Of a stretch of DNA of 28,015 bases, positions 1-7,970 are shown in pieces. Location: assembly GCA_964348595.1 (NCBI GenBank), contig CAYGDS010000001.1:1-28015 (forward strand), in the 5' to 3' direction. Numbering within the stretch: position 1 is the stretch's first letter; each line of letters opens with the position of its first letter. A program made the translations under genes and the position numbers. This DNA comes from an uncultured Gammaproteobacteria bacterium. GTDB lineage: Bacteria; Patescibacteriota; Patescibacteriia; 2-12-FULL-60-25. The notes under the pieces were generated by a model. It was not told the DNA's origin and did not search any database. It saw only the letters and a list, made by a program, of their open reading frames with translations.

Positions 1-60
1 CTCTGGACGTTGATGGGACTCGGAATCGTAGCCCTTTGGAAATACATTTCGAAAAAATAG
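1..60 (+). CDS. 3' end of a gene entering from the left (hydrophobic C-terminus, probable membrane protein), partial
   Basis: Frame +1 reads LWTLMGLGIVALWKYISKK-TAG, a hydrophobic helix followed by Lys residues, with the stop at 58-60. Only 19 codons are visible. Confidence 0.5.
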   Translation, partial: LWTLMGLGIVALWKYISKK

Positions 61-113
61 ATGCAACGAGGAGTTGCCCACAGCGCAAGACGAGATGCGT
101 AAGACGAAAGATC

Positions 114-166
114 TGTCCGCTGACTTCTGTCTTCGACACTGAGCCCAGACGAAGCGAGAACGGACA
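114..166. repeat. Imperfect intergenic hairpin between convergent genes (REP-like)
   Basis: TGTCCG(114-119)/CGGACA(161-166), TTCT(125-128)/AGAA(157-160), CTTCG(131-135)/CGAAG(150-154), inner CTG/CAG closing AGCC. Confidence 0.5.
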
Positions 167-172
167 TCATCT

Positions 173-949
173 CTAGATGGAGATTTCAATTCCAACCGGG
201 CAGTGATCGGAGCCCAGGACATCTTTGTCGATCCACGCTTTCGTGACGTTTTTCTTTAACTCGTCACTCACGAAGAAATAATCAATTCTCCAGCCGACGT
301 TGCGCTCGCGCGCCCCGCTTTTCATGTCCCACCAACTGTAGTAACCCCCGTTTTTCTCAAACAAGCGAAACGTGTCGATGTAGCCGGCTTTGACGAGCGC
401 GTCAATCCAGTCGCGTTCGATGCGCATAAACCCACTGATGTGTTCGTTCTCCTTTGGTCGTGCGAGGTCGATCTCTTCGTGGGCAGTGTTCACGTCTCCA
501 CAGATAATGATTGGTTTCTTTTTGCGGAAGGACTCAACGAGCTTCAAAAATCGTTTGTAGAACTCGAGTTTGAAGTTGAGGCGCTCCTCTCCCGTCTTGC
601 CGTTCGGAAAATACACGTTGAAGAGGAAGAATTTTTCGAACTCGAGTTGGACGATGCGACCTTCGCCGTCCAGAAAGGGATCTCCGAAGCTCGTCTCGGC
701 AAAGATCGGTGAGTGCTTGGTATATACGGCCGTGCCGCTATAACCTTTTCGTATCGCGCTGCTCCAATACGATTCGTACCCGTCTGGGTGCACAAGCTTC
801 GGCGAAAGCTGGCCGACCTCGGCTTTTGTCTCCTGCAGACAGACGATGTCGTGCTTCGCCTCGTGAAACCAGTCGAGGAACCCTTTGCGCTCAGCGGCGC
901 GGACTCCGTTGACGTTCCAAGAGACAAGGGATAGGTGCGTTTTCGGCAT
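173..949 (-). CDS. xth: Exodeoxyribonuclease III / AP endonuclease
   Basis: Motifs SWNVNG, CLQETK, GYSGTA, EGR, NVYFPNG, CGDVNTAH, GWRIDYF and GSDHCP. Start moved to ATG 949 (MPKTHLSLVSW), 6 nt downstream of TACAAT. Confidence 0.96.
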   Translation of the reverse strand: MPKTHLSLVSWNVNGVRAAERKGFLDWFHEAKHDIVCLQETKAEVGQLSPKLVHPDGYESYWSSAIRKGYSGTAVYTKHSPIFAETSFGDPFLDGEGRIVQLEFEKFFLFNVYFPNGKTGEERLNFKLEFYKRFLKLVESFRKKKPIIICGDVNTAHEEIDLARPKENEHISGFMRIERDWIDALVKAGYIDTFRLFEKNGGYYSWWDMKSGARERNVGWRIDYFFVSDELKKNVTKAWIDKDVLGSDHCPVGIEISI

Positions 950-955
950 GAATGA

Positions 956-996
956 ATTGTAAAGTGTCGGGAGCAAAGTGAAAAGTCTGATACGAT
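956..996. promoter_or_regulatory. Back-to-back sigma70-type -10 elements for xth (-) and the antiporter (+)
   Basis: Minus strand: TACAAT (961-956), 6 nt, ATG. Plus strand: TG-A-TACGAT (988-996), 6 nt, ATG 1003. Confidence 0.6.
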
Positions 997-1002
997 ACAC
1001 GC

Positions 1003-1977
1003 ATGGACATCTTCTTGGCGGTTGTTTACGTAATCCTCGGACTCATTCTTCTGGCATATGCTTCGGATTGGTTCGTTGATGGCGCGGCTGGTATTGCAAA
1101 ACGTCTCAATATATCGGATCTGGCCATTGGCCTTACGATCGTGGCATTCGGCACTTCCGCCCCAGAGCTCGTCGTCAGCGTCCTTGCCGCTTGGAATGGG
1201 GGATCAGAAATAGCTCTGGCGAATGTGATTGGTTCGAATACATTCAATATTCTTGTCGTGCTCGGCGTCGCGTCGATCATCTATCCGCTCAAAGTGACCA
1301 AGCCCACCATTTGGAGGGGGATTCCCTTCAGTCTGTTTGCGATCCTTGTGCTTGGCGTGATGGCGAATACGGCGCTCATCGATCGTGGAGGAGAGGCATC
1401 GGTCAGTCGGTCGGAGGCGATCATTCTCCTCGCATTTTTCATCGTGTTCATCTATTACGTCATGGGCATCTCGCGAGATGCCCCGTCCAACGAGGCGAAA
1501 GGGTTGCCGAAGGCAGAGACCATGACCTGGCCAAGGTCCACCTGGCTGATCTGTATCGGACTGGCAGGATTGATTGTTGGCGGGCGTTTGACCGTCGATG
1601 GGGCTGTGTCGTTTGCGACGTGGCTCGGGGTCAGTCAGACGCTCATCGGTCTTACGATCGTCGCGGCTGGTACGTCGCTGCCAGAGCTCGCAACCTCCGT
1701 CCAGGCGGCACGGAAGAAAAGGGATGATATCGCGGTAGGGAATATCGTGGGCTCGAATATCTTTAACGTGTTTTTTATCGTAGGAATCGCGGGGCTGGTG
1801 CGGCCATTATCCATTTCTCCCTTCCTCATCATGGACGGTGCGGTGGCGGCTGTTGCGACGATCTTGCTCTTTGCATGTTTGTTTATCGGGCGTCGCCATA
1901 TGATCGATCGTTGGCAGGGCATCGGGTTTATCGGTGGATACGGCGCCTACCTGCTTTACCTTGTGCTTCGAGGGTAG
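1003..1977 (+). CDS. Ca2+/Na+ antiporter, CaCA family (YrbG-like)
   Basis: About 10 hydrophobic segments, with two alpha-repeats GTSAPEL...GSNTFN and GTSLPEL...GSNIFN. Confidence 0.93.
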   Translation: MDIFLAVVYVILGLILLAYASDWFVDGAAGIAKRLNISDLAIGLTIVAFGTSAPELVVSVLAAWNGGSEIALANVIGSNTFNILVVLGVASIIYPLKVTKPTIWRGIPFSLFAILVLGVMANTALIDRGGEASVSRSEAIILLAFFIVFIYYVMGISRDAPSNEAKGLPKAETMTWPRSTWLICIGLAGLIVGGRLTVDGAVSFATWLGVSQTLIGLTIVAAGTSLPELATSVQAARKKRDDIAVGNIVGSNIFNVFFIVGIAGLVRPLSISPFLIMDGAVAAVATILLFACLFIGRRHMIDRWQGIGFIGGYGAYLLYLVLRG

Positions 1978-2014
1978 CATCACCACGTCGGCCTCGGCGT
2001 GTTAGCATGTTGTC

Positions 2015-3154
2015 ATGCGTCAAATGTCTGGACCGAAAGGCGCCTCGTATCTCCAACAGGCGCTTAAAGGCGAGCGACTCGTTGCCGAGCCGATGCGTTC
2101 GGAGTGCGTATGCGCCGTCGTCGTTCCGGTAATGGCAGAGCCGATAAAACGAGTTCTCTCGTTGCTCGAGTCGCTCGTACATCAACAAGAGGTTCAGCAA
2201 GACGCGTTCGAGGTGATCGTTCTCGTGAATCGCCCGACGGACAACGGATCCAACGATTCCCGTCGTGCGGAAGCCATGAACGCTCTGGTACTTGGACTCC
2301 CCGTTTGGGCGAATCGAGATTCGTTCGACACCGTGCATCGATACGGGTCAGATGTGGTCGACCGCTGTCGAGCGATTCGTGACCACGTGACGGCTCACGT
2401 CATCGATAAAAGTTCGCCCGGCGAAGAACTTGCGGATGGGAACGTCGGCAAAGCGCGCGACCGTGCGTTGGCAGAGGGGTGCTTACGATTCGATCGCATT
2501 GGGAAAGACGGACTCATCATCATGACGGATGCTGACGTGCGTTTTACAGATGCGTACCATCTTGCAAAAGCACTCGAAGTCTTTCGTGCAGACCCGGACA
2601 TGGTCGCGGCATCCGGCGGTGTGGACTTCGTACTCGATCCCGATGAGGAAGAGGCGAACGTGCGCGCAGAAATCATTCGTGCCTTTGAACGAATCCTTCG
2701 TTTCAAACGCTGGAGCCACATGCAGGACTATCTCGCGGGACGCAAGATGCGCTTTGTGCCGCAGGGAGCTTTTTTCGGCAATCACATCCTCGTTAGAAGT
2801 TCGATCGCTTCCGAAGTCTGTGGTGTGCCGCATCGCCTGCAACACGAAGACACCGTGTTTGGTATGCGTTGTCGCGAGTACGCCGCATCCCATCACAAAC
2901 GCGTTGGCGACGTTTCGCGTGCCTTGCGTGTCTCATCAGCGTTGCGTGAATCAAATCGCACGTGGCAGTCGTTCTCGGCAGAGGCTCTCCGTCGACGTCC
3001 AGTGTTCGTCGATGAACGGGAGTACCAGGCGCTTGTCCGTAAGCTCTCCTCGCAACCAGCAGGGCGTCTCCTCCTCTCAGCCCTTGACGATACGGGCCGA
3101 GCTCTTTACGAGGACGTTGTCATTGTGTCGTCCCCCTTGGTACGCTCTGCCTAG
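2015..3154 (+). CDS. GT-A fold glycosyltransferase (family 2-like), substrate unknown
   Basis: N-terminal VVVPV strand, FEVIVLVN, GNVGKARD and the IIMTDAD (DxD) motif. Start supported by TG-T-TAGCAT 6 nt upstream. Confidence 0.7.
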   Translation: MRQMSGPKGASYLQQALKGERLVAEPMRSECVCAVVVPVMAEPIKRVLSLLESLVHQQEVQQDAFEVIVLVNRPTDNGSNDSRRAEAMNALVLGLPVWANRDSFDTVHRYGSDVVDRCRAIRDHVTAHVIDKSSPGEELADGNVGKARDRALAEGCLRFDRIGKDGLIIMTDADVRFTDAYHLAKALEVFRADPDMVAASGGVDFVLDPDEEEANVRAEIIRAFERILRFKRWSHMQDYLAGRKMRFVPQGAFFGNHILVRSSIASEVCGVPHRLQHEDTVFGMRCREYAASHHKRVGDVSRALRVSSALRESNRTWQSFSAEALRRRPVFVDEREYQALVRKLSSQPAGRLLLSALDDTGRALYEDVVIVSSPLVRSA

Positions 3155-3175
3155 AAATTTTATCCACTATTCCAT

Positions 3176-4396
3176 ATGAAAAACCGCATCATTTTTTGGG
3201 TCCTTGCGGCCGTCGCCGTCATCGCCGGGTTCCTTCTGTTTAAGCCCGCCAGTGCACCGGTTCCTGATGAGGAGGTGGGGAAGGAAGAGGCAATGGAGTT
3301 TAAGGCCATTACTCCGAACCCGAATCTTGATGGCGAGGTGGTCCTGGGGGCCGTGTTTCCTCTGACGGGGAACGGTGCCGCCTATGGTTTGCCAATCCAA
3401 AAGGCGACCGAGCTTGCTGTGGAAGAGATCAACGCTGTAAGTGGTGTGGGGGGCAAGAAAATGGTTATTCGATACGAGGATGGAAAGTGTGACGGCAAGG
3501 AAGGCCTCACGGCCGCTCAGAAACTCGTGAACGTCGATAACGTGCAAGTGATTTTTGGTGGCGTGTGCTCAAGTGAGGTGCTCGGCATGGCGGATCTTGT
3601 GAACGAAAAGAAACGCGTGGTGATCTCGCCTTCTGCAACGTCGCCGGATATTACCAAGCTTGGTGGCAATTACGTATTCCGTTTTGCTCCGTCCGACGCG
3701 CTTGCGTCAACCGTTGCTGGCCGCTATGCCGTCGAACAGGTCAAGGCAAAGCGCGCAGCCGTCCTGTCGGAAAATACGGATTATCCGCAGGGACTCCGTC
3801 GCGGGTTTAAGGTCGAATACGAAACGCAGGGCGGTCGAGTCGTTCTCGATGAAACGTGGAACACGGGCACAAGCGATTTCCGCACGCTCGCGCTGAAAGT
3901 GAAAAATGCGGACGTCGATGTGATTTACATCGTCCCGCAAACCCCGGCGCCCGGCATCACCTTGCTCCAAGCCCTGAAAGATCAGGGGGTCACAGCCACG
4001 ATCCTGACGGCAGAGGTGCTGATCGGACGCGACGTGGCAAAGGACAATGCGGTGCTGATGGAAGGAGTGTACGGATTTGAGGCTGCGTATAATGAGCAAG
4101 GATCACGCGCGATCACGTTTGCTAATGCCTATAAGGCACGATACGGCGAAGAACTCGCATTCCCGTTCTTCATGGCGAACGCGTACTCAGCGGTTTATCG
4201 CATGAAGGAATTGGTCGAGGCCGTAGGGAATGATGGCGCATTGCTCGTTTCCGAGCTCGCACGAACAAAGGACTGGTCCGGCGGTGCACTTGATGGTGTG
4301 TCGTTAGACTCTCATGGCGATATTCAATGGAAGACGTACTCAGTCAAACTTATCAAAGGGGGCGAGGTCACAGAAACAGGGATCTTCGAGCTGTAA
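3176..4396 (+). CDS. Branched-chain amino-acid-type ABC transporter substrate-binding protein (LivK/LivJ-like)
   Basis: N-terminal hydrophobic anchor, LGAVFPLTG..A.YG, EEINAVSGVGGK, YEDGKCD and ISPSATSP. First gene of a liv operon. Confidence 0.92.
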   Translation: MKNRIIFWVLAAVAVIAGFLLFKPASAPVPDEEVGKEEAMEFKAITPNPNLDGEVVLGAVFPLTGNGAAYGLPIQKATELAVEEINAVSGVGGKKMVIRYEDGKCDGKEGLTAAQKLVNVDNVQVIFGGVCSSEVLGMADLVNEKKRVVISPSATSPDITKLGGNYVFRFAPSDALASTVAGRYAVEQVKAKRAAVLSENTDYPQGLRRGFKVEYETQGGRVVLDETWNTGTSDFRTLALKVKNADVDVIYIVPQTPAPGITLLQALKDQGVTATILTAEVLIGRDVAKDNAVLMEGVYGFEAAYNEQGSRAITFANAYKARYGEELAFPFFMANAYSAVYRMKELVEAVGNDGALLVSELARTKDWSGGALDGVSLDSHGDIQWKTYSVKLIKGGEVTETGIFEL

Positions 4397-4399
4397 GCC

Positions 4400-5278
4400 A
4401 TGGACGTCGCGCTTCCGCTCCTCGTCAACATCTTCATTCCGAGCGCGTCACTCGTCCTCTTGGTAGCGGGATTCAGCTTGGTGTACTCCGTGAGTCGGGT
4501 GATGCACATTGCCCACGGTGCAGTTGCCATCCTCGCAGGATATCTCTTCTGGTTCGGATATAGCGTGCGCGGCCTTCCGTTTGCGGTGGCCGCGTTTGCG
4601 TCTCTCGCTATTGCGGTCGTTGTTGGTCTTGGGCTGAATGAGATTGTCTACGAGCGTCTGCGATCACGACGAAATGTTTCCGGCGCAGGACTCATGATTG
4701 CCACACTTTCCGTGCTGATCATCATCGAAAATCTGACCCTTGGGCTCTTCGGATCCTCTACGAAGAGTTTTCCGGACTTGAAGGGAGCCGTGCATGCATT
4801 TGGGTCCGCTGTGGTTACGGATGCACAGCTCTACTCGATGATCCTTACGGCGTTCTTGATGGGAGGACTTATTGCTTGTATTCGATGGACGAAAACCGGG
4901 AAGGCGCTGCGTGCGGTCGCAGATCATGAAGGGGCCGCGGAGATCGTGGGTATTTCTAGCCTGAACATGCGCCGGCTCGCCATGGGAATCGCCTCGGCCT
5001 TTGGAGCTATCGGCGGGATGCTATTTGCGGTCGAGTACAACCTCGAGCCGACGATGGCGACGACGGTCGCTGTTCGCATCTTTACCGTCGCACTTGTCGG
5101 CGGCATCGGAAGTTTCGGCGGGGCGATCGCAGGGACGCTCGTCATGAGCGCGGTGTTTGTGCTCACGGGTTGGTTCTGGCAGCTCGGTTGGACGACGTTC
5201 GTCGAATTCAGCGTGTTGTTTCTCGTGCTACTCCTGAGACCAAAAGGTCTCTTGGCTGTGTCACGGCGCGACGTATGA
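4400..5278 (+). CDS. livH: Branched-chain amino-acid ABC transporter permease
   Basis: Multi-TM protein with GFSLVYSVSRVMHIAHG, TKTGKALRAVAD and LVGGIGSFGG. Confidence 0.9.
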   Translation: MDVALPLLVNIFIPSASLVLLVAGFSLVYSVSRVMHIAHGAVAILAGYLFWFGYSVRGLPFAVAAFASLAIAVVVGLGLNEIVYERLRSRRNVSGAGLMIATLSVLIIIENLTLGLFGSSTKSFPDLKGAVHAFGSAVVTDAQLYSMILTAFLMGGLIACIRWTKTGKALRAVADHEGAAEIVGISSLNMRRLAMGIASAFGAIGGMLFAVEYNLEPTMATTVAVRIFTVALVGGIGSFGGAIAGTLVMSAVFVLTGWFWQLGWTTFVEFSVLFLVLLLRPKGLLAVSRRDV

Positions 5279-6159
5279 TCGAATACGTGCTCGCGCTCCT
5301 TTCGCTGTGCGCCATCTTAGGCATCGCCGCACTTGCATTAGATCTGGCGATCGGACGCACGGGTATCATCCACCTCGGGATCGTTGGACTGATGGCCGTC
5401 GGTGCCTATACAGCGGCGGTCGTGTCGACAGAGTACGCAATCAATCCGTGGCTTGCGCTCGTTGCGGCCATGATCGTTGCCGGGGCGGTGGGCGGGGCGA
5501 TCGGATTCATCACAAAATCCCTACACGGCGATCAACTTGCAGCCGTGTTGCTCGGATTCAATTTCATGGTGTACAGCCTCGCGCTCAATTGGACCGAGTT
5601 CACGCGCGGGCCGCTCGGGATTCCGGGGATCGATCGTCCGGCGGGTCTGTCGACGAGCCTCGCCTTCGCTCTCTTCACGGCGCTCTTGTTTGGGCTCGCC
5701 GTGTTCGTCATGGGACTCCTTGGTCGATCGGTACTCGGGCGTCGGCTCGCGGCCGTTCGCGACGATGAGCTCCAGGCGCGCGTGCTCGGGATCGCAAGTT
5801 TTCGCTTGAAACTCATGACGTGTTGCGTATCTGGGGCCGTTGCAGGGCTCTCCGGTGGTTTGTATGCTCAATTTGTGAGTTTCATTGATCCCGCCAGCTT
5901 CTTTCTCCCGCTCCTCGTGCTCGTGCTCTCGATCGTCTTCGTCGGCGGTCTCGGTTCGGCACGGGGTATTCTCCTAGGAAGTTTGATCATGACGTTTGTT
6001 CCCGAAGCGATCCGCTTCATCCCCGGCATCCCTCCGGTGTGGATCGGATCCGGCCGCGCCATCTTGTTCTCAAGCGCCCTTCTTCTGATCGTTCTGGCAC
6101 GTCAGAAAGGCATTCTTGGTCGCGTAGAGCTTCCCTCGTCTTATGCTGAAGGCTCATAA
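5275..6159 (+). CDS. livM: Branched-chain amino-acid ABC transporter permease
   Basis: Start reassigned to ATG 5275 (ATGA overlap with the livH stop). Motifs TRGPLGIPGI, GRRLAAVRDDE and VGGLGS. Confidence 0.9.
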   Translation: MIEYVLALLSLCAILGIAALALDLAIGRTGIIHLGIVGLMAVGAYTAAVVSTEYAINPWLALVAAMIVAGAVGGAIGFITKSLHGDQLAAVLLGFNFMVYSLALNWTEFTRGPLGIPGIDRPAGLSTSLAFALFTALLFGLAVFVMGLLGRSVLGRRLAAVRDDELQARVLGIASFRLKLMTCCVSGAVAGLSGGLYAQFVSFIDPASFFLPLLVLVLSIVFVGGLGSARGILLGSLIMTFVPEAIRFIPGIPPVWIGSGRAILFSSALLLIVLARQKGILGRVELPSSYAEGS

Positions 6160-6844
6160 TCTCAGCAAGCACTTTGGTGGTGTAACGGCTGTCGATGGCG
6201 TTTCGTTCGAGCTCCGAGCGGGAGAGGTCACGGCGCTCATTGGCCCGAACGGTGCGGGCAAGACGACGTTGTTCAATCTTCTTTCAGGCACGACCGTGTT
6301 CGATCGTGGGACCCTCTCATTTAACCAACGTGACATCACGCATGCATCTCCTGAGGCGCGTGCCCGTGCCGGTATCTCACGCACGTTTCAGCTTGCGCGT
6401 CCCTTTCGCAATTTGACCGTGGGCGATCATATGCGACTCGCCATGGACGGCGGTGTCGGTTCGACGGGTGACCCAGGGTCCTGGCTTGAACGTGTGGGAC
6501 TCGCATCCCTCCCACTTTCGCTTTCGGCGCTCGATCTTTCTTACGGACAAAGCAAACTTCTCGGGCTTGCCATGGCACTTGCTCATCCCCACGACCTCCT
6601 TCTGCTCGATGAACCTGCCGCCGGGGTCAACCCGGTCATTCGCGCACAATTGTCCGAACTCTTGCGATCATTGCGCACAGCCGGGATGACCACGCTGATC
6701 ATTGAGCATGATATGGGCTTCGTGATGCCGCTTGCGGATCGTGTTCTGGTGATGGATCGAGGGCGTCTCATCGCAGATGGTTCGCCCGAGTCCATTCAAC
6801 GCGACGAGGCCGTGCTCTCGGCGTATCTTGGTGCACACGTATGA
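6143..6844 (+). CDS. livG: ABC transporter ATP-binding protein
   Basis: Walker A GPNGAGKT, ISRTFQ, signature LSYGQ, Walker B LLLLDEPAAG, IEHDM. Confidence 0.92.
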   Translation: MLKAHNLSKHFGGVTAVDGVSFELRAGEVTALIGPNGAGKTTLFNLLSGTTVFDRGTLSFNQRDITHASPEARARAGISRTFQLARPFRNLTVGDHMRLAMDGGVGSTGDPGSWLERVGLASLPLSLSALDLSYGQSKLLGLAMALAHPHDLLLLDEPAAGVNPVIRAQLSELLRSLRTAGMTTLIIEHDMGFVMPLADRVLVMDRGRLIADGSPESIQRDEAVLSAYLGAHV

Positions 6845-7551
6845 GCCTCTTACGATTGGAACGGGTGAGCGCTGGATACGGCTCGTCTCTCGTGGTCAGG
6901 GATGTGACCGTCGAGATTGCTCCCGGGGAGGTGGTGTGTCTACTTGGTCCAAACGGCGCGGGGAAGAGCACGGTGCTCAAGGCCGTGTTCAAGCAAGCGG
7001 ATATCCAGGACGGACGCATCGCATTCAAAGGAGAAGATATCACGAAGCACGCGACTCATGAGCTGCTTGAACGTGGAATCGCGTATGTGCCGCAGGGGCG
7101 CATTAATTTTCCAACGATGACGGTGCGTGAGAACATGGAGATGGGCGGCTTCTTGCTGCATGAGCGGTCGATCGTAAACGAACGCGTTGCATTTCTCGTG
7201 GAGCGGTTTCCGATGCTCAAGACTTTGCTCGATCGACGCGCCGGTTCATTGTCCGGCGGCGAAGGACAAATGCTTGCCATCGCTCGGGCCTTGATGATGA
7301 ACCCATCGCTGCTCCTGCTAGACGAGCCCTCGCTCGGGCTCTCGCCAATATCCGTAGAGGAAATCTTCGGGCAATTACGCGCCTTCGTGGGTGAGGGGAT
7401 GGCGATTCTCATCGTCGAGCAAAATATCCATATCGCCTTGGACGTCGCCTCGCGAGGCTATCTTCTCGCGGCTGGCTCGGTGGTGTTCGCGGGTTCGAGC
7501 GCGGAGCTCGGTGATCCCGAGCGCATGCGGTCCCTGTACCTGGCTGTATGA
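6841..7551 (+). CDS. livF: ABC transporter ATP-binding protein
   Basis: GPNGAGKS, YVPQGR, LSGGE, LLLLDEPSLGLSP, VEQN. ATGA overlap with livG. Confidence 0.93.
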   Translation: MSLLRLERVSAGYGSSLVVRDVTVEIAPGEVVCLLGPNGAGKSTVLKAVFKQADIQDGRIAFKGEDITKHATHELLERGIAYVPQGRINFPTMTVRENMEMGGFLLHERSIVNERVAFLVERFPMLKTLLDRRAGSLSGGEGQMLAIARALMMNPSLLLLDEPSLGLSPISVEEIFGQLRAFVGEGMAILIVEQNIHIALDVASRGYLLAAGSVVFAGSSAELGDPERMRSLYLAV

Positions 7552-7576
7552 CACGGGGCACCGTTTATGCTATCGT
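7548..7576 (+). promoter_or_regulatory. Putative sigma70 promoter for the receiver-ftsI unit
   Basis: ATGACA (7548-7553), 17 nt, TATCGT (7571-7576) preceded by TG-C. ATG 7584 lies 7 nt downstream. Confidence 0.55.
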
Positions 7577-7583
7577 TTATATC

Positions 7584-7970
7584 ATGGCATCCAAGAAACC
7601 AAAGCGCTTGATTATGGTTATCGAAGACGATCGAACGCTTCAATTTACCCTCAGAACAGTGCTAGAAAAAGCCGGGTATGAAGTCCTCAGTGCCGAATCC
7701 GCAGAAGACGCGTCCAAGCAGCTCAAGACCCACCGACCGGATCTCGTGTATCTCGATATTCTGCTTCCGGGTATGAGCGGACTCGATCTGCTTGAGAAGA
7801 TGCGAGCGCAAAAATCTCTCCAAAGTACTCCGGTATTCATTCTGACCCAGTTTCATAACGAGGAGTACCGGCGGCGAGCGCGTGATCTCAAAGCCATGCA
7901 TTATTTTGTTAAGGCTGAATACGGACTCGCTGAGATCATGAAGGCGACGTCGGAGGCGTTGGTGAAATGA
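7584..7970 (+). CDS. Stand-alone response regulator receiver (CheY-like), no output domain
   Basis: IEDD, LDILLPG (phosphoacceptor Asp), LTQF and YFVK. Start set at ATG 7584 (MASKKPKR), 128 aa. Confidence 0.92.
   Translation: MASKKPKRLIMVIEDDRTLQFTLRTVLEKAGYEVLSAESAEDASKQLKTHRPDLVYLDILLPGMSGLDLLEKMRAQKSLQSTPVFILTQFHNEEYRRRARDLKAMHYFVKAEYGLAEIMKATSEALVK

Noticed and set aside
1984-2001. Small hairpin CACGTCG-GCCT-CGGCGTG after the antiporter
   Set aside because: 7 bp with a G-U pair and only two T's after it. Too weak to call a terminator, and it overlaps the next gene's promoter region.
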